Shown piece by piece: positions 1-9,117 of a DNA stretch of 64,000 bases. The position numbers and the translations under genes were made by a program. The notes under the pieces were generated by a model, which worked only from the letters and a program-made list of their open reading frames with translations, was not told where the DNA came from and searched no databases. Source of the stretch: Escherichia coli (GTDB lineage Bacteria; Pseudomonadota; Gammaproteobacteria; Enterobacterales; Enterobacteriaceae). The stretch lies in the NCBI RefSeq assembly GCF_003790525.1, contig NZ_CP033633.1. The stretch is one strand, 5' to 3'. Every line of letters begins with the position of its first letter. Positions within the stretch are counted from its first letter, which is position 1.

Positions 1-591
1 GTAGTTACGTGCTTTCCGGGAGAGTGGTACGTCGCGTGGTGAGCCATTTTTCGTTTCAGGAAGATGCGCCACGCCGTGCTGCAAATCGATGTGTTCCCAG
101 CGTAATGAGAGAATTTCTCCCTGGCGCATTGCTGTTTCCAGAGCCAGATGGAAGATAACGTAGAGCTGCGGATTTTTGTCCCTGAAATAGCGGGAAAGGC
201 GGCGTTCTTCACCAGAAGTCAGTCGGCGGTCGCGGCCATTACTGATTTTCGGTTTTCGGACCAGTTCAACAGGATTCATACGGCATGTTCCCCATTCCAC
301 ACGGGCGATATTGAATAATGATGATAAAAGGGCAAGTTCAAGACGGACGGTATTTCCGGTGATTTGACGCCCTGTTCGTGGGTTAATTTGAGCTAAACGC
401 TGATCCCGGTAACCGGCGATATCAATGGTAGTGATTTCATCCATATAGCGCTCGGCCATAGGGTGACGTTTAATCACATTGACGCGATAAAACTCCTGCA
501 GATGACCTTTTTTATGGACGGAAACGGTTTTCAAGTATTTGTCCAGCGCCCGGTTGAGAGTCATTTTGCGAATTTTGATTTTTCGAAACAT
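1..591 (-). CDS. rci: shufflon-specific tyrosine recombinase Rci, N-terminal ~197 codons (rest of gene lies beyond window start)
   Basis: Minus-strand frame from ATG at 589-591 reads [44 protein letters not shown]... and stays open to position 1; integrase-type N-terminus; directly adjacent to the 19-bp shufflon repeats. Confidence 0.8.
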   Translation of the reverse strand, partial: MFRKIKIRKMTLNRALDKYLKTVSVHKKGHLQEFYRVNVIKRHPMAERYMDEITTIDIAGYRDQRLAQINPRTGRQITGNTVRLELALLSSLFNIARVEWGTCRMNPVELVRKPKISNGRDRRLTSGEERRLSRYFRDKNPQLYVIFHLALETAMRQGEILSLRWEHIDLQHGVAHLPETKNGSPRDVPLSRKARNY

Positions 592-653
592 ATCTGCCTT
601 CCACGATAAAAACAGGGAAGGTAGGAATAGTGAAACGGAAATGCAATATCGCC

Positions 654-672
654 GTGCCAATCCGGTGTGTGG
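654..672 (+). repeat. shufflon 19-bp repeat (GTGCCAATCCGGTGTGTGG)
   Basis: Exact 19-mer; encodes CQSGVW leading into cassette 673-879. Confidence 0.85.
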
Positions 673-879
673 GTTGGAGGCAATAAAGTGAACTATTCTG
701 CCTGTAAATGGTATGAAGCGACCTCCGCACATTTTATCGGTGGCAGAAGTGGAGGTTCTATTTATTACAAGCCGATTCAGTGCCCTGCCGGGTACGTCAT
801 GACAGGTACAAGAATGTACGGCATCGGAGATGGTGTTGATGAAGAGCACGTCGATGCTTACTGTTGCCCTTTTGGTTAG
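673..879 (+). other. silent pilV C-terminal cassette
   Basis: In frame with repeat 654-672: ...[24 protein letters not shown]...DAYCCPFG stop; no promoter or start of its own. Confidence 0.7.
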
Positions 880-1121
880 ATTCCGGCACCAGGAAGGTTG
901 AGGCATGTCACTGTAATTGTGCCACCGGACTCATAATTTCCCCACGCATAATTATTCACATACCAAACCTTGTTTTGGTCGGCGTATATCTGCTGAAAAC
1001 CACCAAAAGGCGAGCCATTAAGGTATGTCCACGAGCAGTACGCATGTACGCCAATGCTCAGATTACGAGTATTTTTCCCGATATTGTATGTACTGGTAGT
1101 GAAGTTCATTTTTGTCGTTGT
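876..1121 (-). other. silent pilV C-terminal cassette
   Basis: In frame with repeat 1122-1140 on minus strand: [27 protein letters not shown]...; convergent with cassette 673-879. Confidence 0.7.
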
Positions 1122-1140
1122 CCAGATACCGGATTGGCAC
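1122..1140 (-). repeat. shufflon 19-bp repeat, variant GTGCCAATCCGGTATCTGG (reverse orientation)
   Basis: Reverse complement of 1122-1140; 8 bp from the next repeat; encodes CQSGIW leading into cassette 876-1121. Confidence 0.8.
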
Positions 1141-1148
1141 GGAGGCCA

Positions 1149-1167
1149 GTGCCAATCCGGTGTGTGG
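1149..1167 (+). repeat. shufflon 19-bp repeat (GTGCCAATCCGGTGTGTGG)
   Basis: Exact 19-mer identical to 654-672; in frame with cassette 1168-1539. Confidence 0.85.
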
Positions 1168-1539
1168 GTTGGCTTTGAATCCTACCCTGTGGGAAGCCCT
1201 ATCCCGTGGCCATCTGCCACTCCTCCACAAGGCTATCTGTTGATGAACGGCCAGTCGTTTTCCTGTTCCCGGTATCCTCAGCTTGCCCGTGCTTATCCTG
1301 GCTGTAAATTGCCCGATCTGCGCGGTGTTTTTATCCGTGGCTGGGATAACGGGAAGGGACTTGATGGTGATCGGAACAGACAACTCCTGAGTTATCAGGC
1401 CGATCAATCAGGCGTCTATCACGAACGTGGCGGATGGCTGAAAGGGCATCATAGTGGTATGCCATACTGGGCACAGGGGAGTACCACAGAAATGCGTCCC
1501 AAAAATATTGCATTCAACTACATTGTTAAAGCCAGCTAG
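1168..1539 (+). other. silent pilV C-terminal cassette
   Basis: In frame with repeat 1149-1167: [37 protein letters not shown]...; convergent with the expressed pilV tail 1544-1876. Confidence 0.7.
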
Positions 1540-1543
1540 GGAC

Positions 1544-2878
1544 TCACATCTGATAGGCATACACAGAGAAAACACCGTTACCACAGGCGTAATTTTGTGT
1601 TGGTCTGGAGATGATTTGATATGACGCTCCCACTGGCACGGCAAATGAAATAAATGCTGTCTTTCCGTAGGAGGGGTTATTGCTGGCATTCATACCAATG
1701 AAAGCGCCGTTCACATAGCCCTGAAGATTTGATGTGTTGGCGCAATCACCGCCACCGGCACCATTTCCACCGGAAGCGTACACAAACAAAGTTCCTCTGC
1801 CGTTATTTCTCCCGTTAAATGTTCCCCGGTGAGAACCCAGATTGCTGTAACTTCCGTCAGGTGCACCAATCGTTCGCCACACACCGGATTGGCACGAAAG
1901 TATTGCCCCTTTACTGTCGCGGCCTACAAGTCCGTCCGGTGAGCAGGAAGTACCTGCGGTGGCTGTTTTATCCAGCTGTAAATACTCACCCGTGGAAAGA
2001 CGCCCCTCAGACCGGACAGTTCCACCACTGACTTTTCCTCCTTTGAGCTCTCCTTCGGTTGTGATCCCTTTGTTGTTAACAGCACGTATCCATTGGCTGT
2101 CCGTCATGGTGAAACCGCCTCCGTGCGTCGTGTTCATCCACCCCTTGTTGTTTCTGGTGATAAGCCAGCCGTCTTCGCTGGTTATATCGCCTTTCACCGT
2201 GGCTTTCTGACCATTGAGGTTACCGGCGTTATTGATGTCATTTCCGCTCATGTTGATAGCTGTGTGCATCTGGTTCAGCTCTGGTCTCCCCGGGACCTGG
2301 AAACGATACAACCTGTCGCTTTCCTGCAGATCATCACCCGTCATGACGACGGCAATGTGACCTGCCGAACAGGTGAGTCCGTAATCCCCCGGTTTGTCTG
2401 TCCAGGCGCCGAATGCGCCGGTTGCTGTTCCGTTTTTACCAATATAACCACCCAGCCCGGGAAGCTGTCCTGCCACACTGCGCAGACCATCTTCTTTGAT
2501 ATTCTGCCCCCCTGTTGAGCAGGTCAGGGCTTCAAGACGTCCTGTAGTCTGGTTACGGCGGATACCCGTGATATAACTCTGCCCAAACGGAGAATGATTA
2601 AATCCCTGTTTCAGGTATCCCTTGCGAATCAAATCATCGGCTGTAAAGTTTGCCGGAAGGCTGCCGTTGTGCAGAGTGGCATTGTTATCGGCAATGTAAT
2701 TTCTGGCTGCGGTATTGTAGGCATCTGCATGAGAAGCAGCACTCTGGTAAAGCTGTTCATTCAGCCAGTTTTCTATTTCGGAATAAATCAGCGGCGTGGC
2801 GATACCAATCACTATCAGTCCCGCCAGTATTTCAAGCAGAATAAAACCTTTGTCGTCATCGTGTCTGAACTTTTTCAC
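1544..2878 (-). CDS. pilV: PilV, thin-pilus minor pilin/adhesin (prepilin-like) with shufflon-supplied C-terminus
   Basis: 444 aa; N-terminal prepilin-like KGFILLEILAGLIVIGIATPLIYS; shufflon repeat embedded at 1877-1895; last gene of the pil operon. Confidence 0.85.
   Translation of the reverse strand: MKKFRHDDDKGFILLEILAGLIVIGIATPLIYSEIENWLNEQLYQSAASHADAYNTAARNYIADNNATLHNGSLPANFTADDLIRKGYLKQGFNHSPFGQSYITGIRRNQTTGRLEALTCSTGGQNIKEDGLRSVAGQLPGLGGYIGKNGTATGAFGAWTDKPGDYGLTCSAGHIAVVMTGDDLQESDRLYRFQVPGRPELNQMHTAINMSGNDINNAGNLNGQKATVKGDITSEDGWLITRNNKGWMNTTHGGGFTMTDSQWIRAVNNKGITTEGELKGGKVSGGTVRSEGRLSTGEYLQLDKTATAGTSCSPDGLVGRDSKGAILSCQSGVWRTIGAPDGSYSNLGSHRGTFNGRNNGRGTLFVYASGGNGAGGGDCANTSNLQGYVNGAFIGMNASNNPSYGKTAFISFAVPVGASYQIISRPTQNYACGNGVFSVYAYQM
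1877..1895 (-). repeat. shufflon 19-bp repeat inside the expressed pilV (junction of constant and variable parts)
   Basis: CCACACACCGGATTGGCAC on plus = reverse complement of the 19-mer; encodes CQSGVW within PilV. Confidence 0.85.
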
Positions 2879-3582
2879 GTGAATATCTCCGAAGTGCGGA
2901 AAACGGAATCAGGGAGGAGGGTTAGTGCATACAGTGATGCGCAGAGAAACGGGGCGAACGGCAGTGCCTGCTGATGTCTGTGACGGCAGAAGAGGAGGAT
3001 AAACAGAAATGCCCCGGAAGCTGCGGCGGTGATTAGCAGCGGCGTGTGTTGTGGCTGTGTCCACATTGCAATTCCTGCTATCAGGAATACATCACCAAGG
3101 CCGAGTGCTTCTGTTCCTTTTGCCGTTATGAAAAACTGCCGTAGCAGGTATGTCATGCCGAACCAGAGTGATGCGTTGAGGAGGCTGTATGTGAGCTCCT
3201 CCAGGCTGTACCTGAACGCTGCCCCCAGAACAATCAGTGAAAGCGTGAATATCCGGGGAAGCCGACAGACGGCGATGTCCGTCAGCGTCATTACAGTTAA
3301 TAATCCCGTCAGAATGGAAAGGAATAACAGCCCCGTGGCTTCAACACCATATGCGCCGTTGAGGCTGACACTCACTATGGCCAGAAGGCAACACACGTAC
3401 ACCACCGGCCTGGGCGGCCGGGTGTCGTGTACTGCTGACAGGTAGAGAGCGGCGGTGATGTATGCAAGATAAAGAATAACCGCCAGGATGATGATTATTA
3501 TTGTCATGCTCAGTAATGCGCTCACCGTCACCTCGTATTTATTAATATTGTCTGAAATACCGGTTGTGGATTTTTCGGGCAT
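2875..3582 (-). CDS. pilU: prepilin peptidase PilU
   Basis: 235 aa polytopic membrane protein with GLGDVFLIAGIAMW-type motif; position between pilT and pilV. Confidence 0.75.
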   Translation of the reverse strand: MPEKSTTGISDNINKYEVTVSALLSMTIIIIILAVILYLAYITAALYLSAVHDTRPPRPVVYVCCLLAIVSVSLNGAYGVEATGLLFLSILTGLLTVMTLTDIAVCRLPRIFTLSLIVLGAAFRYSLEELTYSLLNASLWFGMTYLLRQFFITAKGTEALGLGDVFLIAGIAMWTQPQHTPLLITAAASGAFLFILLFCRHRHQQALPFAPFLCASLYALTLLPDSVFRTSEIFT

Positions 3583-4018
3583 ATATCATGCGCCGGGCTG
3601 TGTTATTTTTGCTGAAACCGGCGTTATAGCTGCCCAGGCATTCCCAGTTAACGCCGCAGCGTTGAAAATGGCGGGCCAGTATCCAGGCACCGGTATGAAT
3701 ATTCAGGCAGGGCTTTTTAAGCAGTTCATCCTTGTTTTTAATGACGCCCAGTTTTTTCAGTTCAGGAATATGCACTGAATTAATCTGCATTATTCCGTAA
3801 TCCGTACTGATGATTTTTCCGGATTTGTTTTTATTGTGATTTATCGCAGTGGCGACCAGGCCGCTTTCCTGCTGTGCAATGGTTTTCAGAAGCTCAGGGG
3901 CAATCAGGTAACGTTTTCCGGCCTGAATAAAACAGGAATCGAGATGATTATTATTCATCACAGATGCGATTGATGTGTTACTGAATAAAAGCAGGACAGA
4001 GAGATATAACCATTTCAT
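3542..4018 (-). CDS. pilT: lytic transglycosylase PilT (SLT domain)
   Basis: 158 aa; signal peptide MKWLYLSVLLLFSNTSIASV; SLT-type motifs GIMQIN and YNAGF. Confidence 0.75.
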   Translation of the reverse strand: MKWLYLSVLLLFSNTSIASVMNNNHLDSCFIQAGKRYLIAPELLKTIAQQESGLVATAINHNKNKSGKIISTDYGIMQINSVHIPELKKLGVIKNKDELLKKPCLNIHTGAWILARHFQRCGVNWECLGSYNAGFSKNNTARRMIYARKIHNRYFRQY

Positions 4019-4076
4019 TATGATAATCCCGGCAGTGACAGCATCCTCTGGTATTTAAGGATGCTGTCCGGAAACA

Positions 4077-4613
4077 TTAGCTGTTTGTTTCAAGGGTGAT
4101 GTTATTTTTGTCGTTACTACATACTGTTACGGGATCCACAGTAGCCGGGGCGGTATTCATGATTTTGGTAAACATGGATGAACTGCGCAGGCTGTTAATG
4201 AGTTCCACGCAATTTTCTTTCGGTACATTATTGCTGGTAATCGTATAACCATACTTATCTGCCGTTGCCTTAATGGTGACATCACCGCCCCAGGCATTTT
4301 TGGCCTTGTTACCACCGGCGATCATATCGGCCGGCAGGGAACCACTCTGCGTCAGCGTTTTGATATAATCACTGCTGGTATATTGTCCCTGGAACTTGTA
4401 CTGCTTCATTTTGGTTGCAATGGTCTGCAGGTTTTTCAGTTCGCGCTGGTTATCACTGGATGACATGGTACTGGACATCTGACTTATTGCGAGAGCAACC
4501 ACAATACCGATAATAATCAGTGCGCTGGCAATTTCCAGTAAGGTTAAACCTTTATCCTCCTCTTTCTCTTTTTTTAAAGCAAAATAAGAATAAAGACATG
4601 ATCTGAAGTTCAT
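4077..4613 (-). CDS. pilS: type IV prepilin PilS (major thin-pilus subunit)
   Basis: 178 aa; leader followed by KGLTLLEIASALIIIGIVVALAISQ hydrophobic N-terminal helix. Confidence 0.8.
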   Translation of the reverse strand: MNFRSCLYSYFALKKEKEEDKGLTLLEIASALIIIGIVVALAISQMSSTMSSSDNQRELKNLQTIATKMKQYKFQGQYTSSDYIKTLTQSGSLPADMIAGGNKAKNAWGGDVTIKATADKYGYTITSNNVPKENCVELINSLRSSSMFTKIMNTAPATVDPVTVCSNDKNNITLETNS

Positions 4614-4662
4614 ATATCACTCCTGGTTTATGGGATGTTTCAGAAATATTCTGTATGCGGGA

Positions 4663-5763
4663 TTATTGTTTCAGCATGTCGCTGATACTGTAGATGGCAG
4701 ATATCATGTTAAGAATAAAAAAGAAGACAAAACCTCCTGATATACCGGTAATAATTAATCCAATTCGTTTTACCCGTTTTTTTGCTTCCTCCAGCCACTG
4801 ATCGGCATAGAGTGCCATGGTTGCCACTCTGTCCTCCCTTTCGGAGTTCAGGAGCAGTTTATTGATGCATATTCTGGACGGAAAATCGTAACCGGAATTT
4901 CGCATTGCTGTGGCCAGATTCTGACCGGATAATACATGTTTTCGTATTGCCTGAATTCTCTCCTTTAACCATTTATTCTTTTCTGCACCTTTTTCCATTC
5001 GGAGCAGCGCCTGCGAAAGAGGAATATTAATCTGCAGCATGGATGAAATACTGAACAGATAATTCACCCCGTGTAAGGTCTGATACAGTGACCAGGGGGG
5101 AGCCTTGTCCAGCATCCTCCGGCCGGGGCCGGTATACCGGCTGAATGAAAAACGGATCAGAAGCGTCAGGGCGAAAATGGTCCCACAGAGCCAGAATCCG
5201 TACCCGATGAAAAATTCCGACATACCGGCAAGCAATTTCATCTGGAATGACCATTTATCTTCTGAAGCAAACGCACTGACGATGGGGATGATACGGGTAT
5301 GGGCGTTGTACATATTCACCACACAGAGCGAAAGCAGCAGAAGGGGGTAGAGGCAGACGGCAATGAGGCTGGATGTCATTTCCCGCCGGGCTTTAACGGT
5401 TCTGGCCACCTGGAAAAGGGCGTCGGCAATATTTCCGCGCTCTTCCCCGTTTCTGATTAACGTGGCTTCCTCCGGTGGCACCCAGGTTAACAGGGCACCG
5501 GATAACATGCCGCTGGCTTTGATGGAATCGATGCATTCTTTTGCCAGAAAATACATGCCGGATGTGCCTTTCTTTTCACCAAAATCGGTTTCGATCTCGC
5601 AGAGAAATTCGAGTGCACGCAGGGACGGCGTTCCGTCACGTATCATGCCGCCCAGGGCTTCGTAGAACTCCACCCGGTTCAGGGCAAAGGTTTTTCTGGC
5701 CATCCAGATGGTCAGCGCTGTCAGCTCAATGTCGGTGCTGTTGAGTTTTTCCAGAAATTTCAT
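4663..5763 (-). CDS. pilR: PilR, polytopic inner-membrane type IV pilus assembly protein (GspF-like)
   Basis: ORF track gives 4663-5829; start trimmed to ATG at 5761-5763 (MKFLEKL...), which overlaps the pilQ stop as TGATATG; multiple TM segments. Confidence 0.75.
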   Translation of the reverse strand: MKFLEKLNSTDIELTALTIWMARKTFALNRVEFYEALGGMIRDGTPSLRALEFLCEIETDFGEKKGTSGMYFLAKECIDSIKASGMLSGALLTWVPPEEATLIRNGEERGNIADALFQVARTVKARREMTSSLIAVCLYPLLLLSLCVVNMYNAHTRIIPIVSAFASEDKWSFQMKLLAGMSEFFIGYGFWLCGTIFALTLLIRFSFSRYTGPGRRMLDKAPPWSLYQTLHGVNYLFSISSMLQINIPLSQALLRMEKGAEKNKWLKERIQAIRKHVLSGQNLATAMRNSGYDFPSRICINKLLLNSEREDRVATMALYADQWLEEAKKRVKRIGLIITGISGGFVFFFILNMISAIYSISDMLKQ

Positions 5764-5764
5764 A

Positions 5765-7273
5765 TCAGTGCAGCAGCGTATAGCTGTCCTCATCGACGGG
5801 AGATATATAATGGGCCGCCAGCGGATCAACCTGTCCGCTGTTGATTTTTCCCAGCAGATGCTGATTACGGGTCATTCCGCCCAGTTCCCGGTGCCAGTAT
5901 GTTCTGGCCTCAATACGCCCCTTTTCCCGGTACAACTGGAAAAAACGGGCATCCGGGGAGATGACTTCTGCGATCACTGTTCGTCCTGTCACGCCACGCC
6001 AGCAGTGCGGGCAGCCTTCATGATTTCGCAGATATACCTGGTCCGGGTTGCAGACGCTTTCCACCAGGCGCCGTTCATTATCCGTGCGCTCGGTAGCCAC
6101 CTCATGCCAGGGGCGACGGCAGTGCGGACATATCAGCTGAACCAGACGCTGGCTCAGCAGGCCAATGAACAGTTGCGGGTCGGCAATCATCCTGGCCTGT
6201 ACCCCCTCCATCTCAAGACGTTCGAGGATGTTAATCGGGTCGTTCGCATGGATGGTGGTCAGCATCAGATGCCCGGTCATGGCGGCTTTTATTGCCGTAA
6301 TGGCGGAATCGTGGTCACGGATTTCGCCGTTCAGGATCCCGTCAGGGTCAAGACGTAGTGCTGATTTAATGGAGTCCACCCAGCCCTGTGCGGAATCCAT
6401 GACGGCAGTCTGAATGGCACCGGGTATACGGCCCTCTGGCGGGGATTCAATGGTGAACAGCCTGCGACGGGGCAGAAGAATACCGCCGGTATTGTTGAAG
6501 CCGTACTGTTCAAGGTACGCCGCAGAGGCGGTTCTCAGCGTGGTGGATTTTCCTGAACCTGTTGGTCCTGAGAGCGTGATAATACCTTCAGGGCGCTGCA
6601 GAATACGGCGCAGGGTGCGCTCCTGCTCAGGGTGGTAGCCCAGCATGCTGAAGGTCGGGATTTGCAGACTGTCATCCTTGATCAGACGGAGCACAGCATA
6701 GAGGCCGCCCACGCAGGGATAGTGGGAGTAGCGTGCACCAAACAGACCGGCCAGTTTCAGGTACTGCTCTGAAAGACGCGCATCCTGAGGCACCCCGGGA
6801 TCAAACTGTGTGCCCTTGATGACGTCGGTCATGCCGGAATAGGTGGCCCCCAGTAATTCGAGGCCTTCTTCTTTCCGGAGGATATCGAGCACTTCCAGTT
6901 CGCCGTGAACCCGGGCTTCCACATAGGTGAAGTCCGTGTTGTCTCGTCCCGGGGTCATATGAAGGTCTGAGGCACCAAGAGAGGCAGAATGGCGGATATA
7001 GCCGAGCATTTTCTGCTGTACCGGGTTAATGACGCTTTCATCACCGGCGGTTGTGGTGTCCTGTCTGAGGCGGGCTATCACATCCAGGGTGGTGAATTCA
7101 AAGTCTCCCACACGCCCCTGATGACGTGCGCGCAGGCGGGTCAGATATTCCTGGACGGCACGCAGATGTTTTTTTCCCTCCACGACCCTGACCCGCAGAT
7201 GACCGGTTTTATCTGTGTCGATAGCCACATAATCCAGAATGTCATCCGGTGGCAGGTCTGCAGGATCCAACAT
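5765..7273 (-). CDS. pilQ: PilQ, type IV pilus assembly ATPase (GspE/PilB family)
   Basis: 502 aa; Walker A LSGPTGSGKSTTLR; C-terminal CPHC...CPHC zinc-finger-like tetracysteine. Confidence 0.85.
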   Translation of the reverse strand: MLDPADLPPDDILDYVAIDTDKTGHLRVRVVEGKKHLRAVQEYLTRLRARHQGRVGDFEFTTLDVIARLRQDTTTAGDESVINPVQQKMLGYIRHSASLGASDLHMTPGRDNTDFTYVEARVHGELEVLDILRKEEGLELLGATYSGMTDVIKGTQFDPGVPQDARLSEQYLKLAGLFGARYSHYPCVGGLYAVLRLIKDDSLQIPTFSMLGYHPEQERTLRRILQRPEGIITLSGPTGSGKSTTLRTASAAYLEQYGFNNTGGILLPRRRLFTIESPPEGRIPGAIQTAVMDSAQGWVDSIKSALRLDPDGILNGEIRDHDSAITAIKAAMTGHLMLTTIHANDPINILERLEMEGVQARMIADPQLFIGLLSQRLVQLICPHCRRPWHEVATERTDNERRLVESVCNPDQVYLRNHEGCPHCWRGVTGRTVIAEVISPDARFFQLYREKGRIEARTYWHRELGGMTRNQHLLGKINSGQVDPLAAHYISPVDEDSYTLLH

Positions 7274-7369
7274 AAGGCCTCCTTACGGGCAGCGGCGCCC
7301 GGAAAATATGTTTTCTGTTATTAAGCGAGGGAAATAATCAGTTCTTCTGCGGAGAGAATCTGGACATTT

Positions 7370-8044
7370 TCAGCACAGGCTTAACAGTGTAAAAATGATT
7401 ACGCCTCCAAAAGCGAATAACAGGGGAATGTTTTTCTCCGGCTGTGTTGATCTCAGCGTTAATACCGGTGTGGCGAGAGCGTAAAAAATAATACCTGCGG
7501 TATAAATAAAATAAGGTGTGATGCCGGACAGATTACATACACTGGCGAATATCATAAGCATGACGGCAACTACCGATAAAATAATGGAAGTATTCTTCCA
7601 TTCACCAGATGGTGTAAGTGAAATGATATCGCCATCCTGTTTATAGTTCGTGTTCAGCTTCAGGAAATGACGGATATCTTTCAGCGTGTTCAGTTTCTGC
7701 TGGATCTCTTCCACAAGTTCCTGTCTGTCGGTTTTTTCACGGAGCAGCTGGAATTTTGTCTCCCTCAGTACAGATATAATACGGTCCACCTGGCCGGGGG
7801 AGGGATAGTAATGATGTTCGAGCATCCACCGGATATCGGCGATTAACCGGTCAGTTACCGGTGTATTACCGTTGTTAATGAGAGGTGTTTCGTGCATCCA
7901 CTGAAATATGCGGTAGATATGTCGCTTAACAAAAATAAAATCATCGGTGGTTTTATTCTCCAGCATGAGATATATCCCGTCGAGTGTTAATAATAAAACG
8001 TCCCGGGTGTGAGGTGATTTGTGATGTATTGTACGGAATATCAT
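7370..8044 (-). CDS. hypothetical protein with C-terminal transmembrane helices (unassigned, inside pil operon)
   Basis: 224 aa; soluble N-terminal ~150 aa then 2-3 hydrophobic helices; AT-rich relative to flanking pil genes; no recognisable motif. Confidence 0.55.
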   Translation of the reverse strand: MIFRTIHHKSPHTRDVLLLTLDGIYLMLENKTTDDFIFVKRHIYRIFQWMHETPLINNGNTPVTDRLIADIRWMLEHHYYPSPGQVDRIISVLRETKFQLLREKTDRQELVEEIQQKLNTLKDIRHFLKLNTNYKQDGDIISLTPSGEWKNTSIILSVVAVMLMIFASVCNLSGITPYFIYTAGIIFYALATPVLTLRSTQPEKNIPLLFAFGGVIIFTLLSLC

Positions 8045-8175
8045 TTCTGCACTGTAATCGTTTACGCAGGTGATATATCACACCAGAGTAAATACAGCGG
8101 AATGAAGCTGTAGAGTGACCAGAAAAGCCCGACGGGATCTTTTGCCCACAGGCATAAGAATGTCAGTCCGGTGCA

Positions 8176-8616
8176 TCATGCGCCGGCAAGTGCCGCGCAT
8201 AATTCAGCGCCTCCGGAATTGCCGCTCTTCATCATATAACAGAGCGCGATCAGCAGTGGGATAATGAAGACGAGCGGCAGGACAAAGGATTCGGCTGCGG
8301 ATATCCATTCCCGGTAACGCCAGCGGTCGTTTAATCTGTCGGCATCATATTTCAGACAGTTGCTCAGGAACGCCAGATCGTTCATGAGGGGGGCGTCCTG
8401 GCCATACTGCGCCGCGAGGCGCATTCTGGCACCCCACAACCGGGCACTCAGGGCACGGAGTTGTGCCGGGGTGACCTGTTTTCCCCGACAAAGTTGTACC
8501 TGTAATTGTGTTGCCTCGTGGACAATATCTGTGTGGTTCACCCCATATTCTGCAGCGGCTGTTTCCAGGTCACGGATGATCAGGCTGAGCCAGGATATCA
8601 GTTCACTGATGTTCAT
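8176..8616 (-). CDS. hypothetical protein with C-terminal transmembrane helix (unassigned, inside pil operon)
   Basis: 146 aa; soluble N-terminal part then FVLPLVFIIPLLIALCYMM helix; co-directional, between pilP and the 224-aa ORF. Confidence 0.55.
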   Translation of the reverse strand: MNISELISWLSLIIRDLETAAAEYGVNHTDIVHEATQLQVQLCRGKQVTPAQLRALSARLWGARMRLAAQYGQDAPLMNDLAFLSNCLKYDADRLNDRWRYREWISAAESFVLPLVFIIPLLIALCYMMKSGNSGGAELCAALAGA

Positions 8617-8664
8617 TGTCGTTCATCCTTTTGTACGGACAGCCGCCTGTACTGGCGGCCGGTT

Positions 8665-9117
8665 TCATGGTCGCAGGGTTTTTCTGATGCCGGACTGCTC
8701 CAGTACCACACTGTCCGGTGTGATTTTCTCCACGAGATAAGGGGTTCCGGGGATGTTCTGGCCCGTCTTCACATCGGTGATGTGTCCACCCGAAAGTTCT
8801 ATCCGGGCTCTCAGCTGAGGCTGTACACCAAATATTTCTGTCAGACGGGGGGATGTCGCCGTCGACGGGGCAGTCGGGATGGCGGACGTGCTTTCCTGCG
8901 GACGACCGGGCTCTGCGGGAATACCCTGCTCCAGCATGCGCAGTTCATGACGGATTTTCTCTCTCGCCAGCATGGCTTCATACAGGGCTGTTTCGTCCTG
9001 TATCCGCTCAATCTGCAGTTGCCGGGGACTCTGTTCCTCTGCGTTTCCGGTTGTGGCCATTGCCGTTGCCGGTAACAGCAGCGCTGAAACCAGAAGGGCT
9101 TTTGTTTTAGCGTGCAT
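8665..9117 (-). CDS. pilP: PilP, periplasmic pilus assembly protein
   Basis: 150 aa; signal peptide MHAKTKALLVSALLLPATAMA; overlaps pilO stop; operon position. Confidence 0.65.
   Translation of the reverse strand: MHAKTKALLVSALLLPATAMATTGNAEEQSPRQLQIERIQDETALYEAMLAREKIRHELRMLEQGIPAEPGRPQESTSAIPTAPSTATSPRLTEIFGVQPQLRARIELSGGHITDVKTGQNIPGTPYLVEKITPDSVVLEQSGIRKTLRP

Larger units (their letters stand above)
654..1895. other. shufflon (multiple-inversion region) supplying alternative pilV C-terminal cassettes
   Basis: Four 19-bp repeats GTGCCAATCCGGT(G/A)T(G/C)TGG in mixed orientation; each encodes CQSG(V/I)W in frame with a downstream cassette; rci adjacent. Confidence 0.85.

Noticed and set aside
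1063-1689. Minus-strand ORFs of 60-114 aa (1063-1407, 1331-1513, 1408-1689) inside the shufflon
   Set aside because: They are antisense to, or out of frame with, the pilV cassettes that are in frame with the 19-bp repeats; no independent start context. Treated as frame artefacts.
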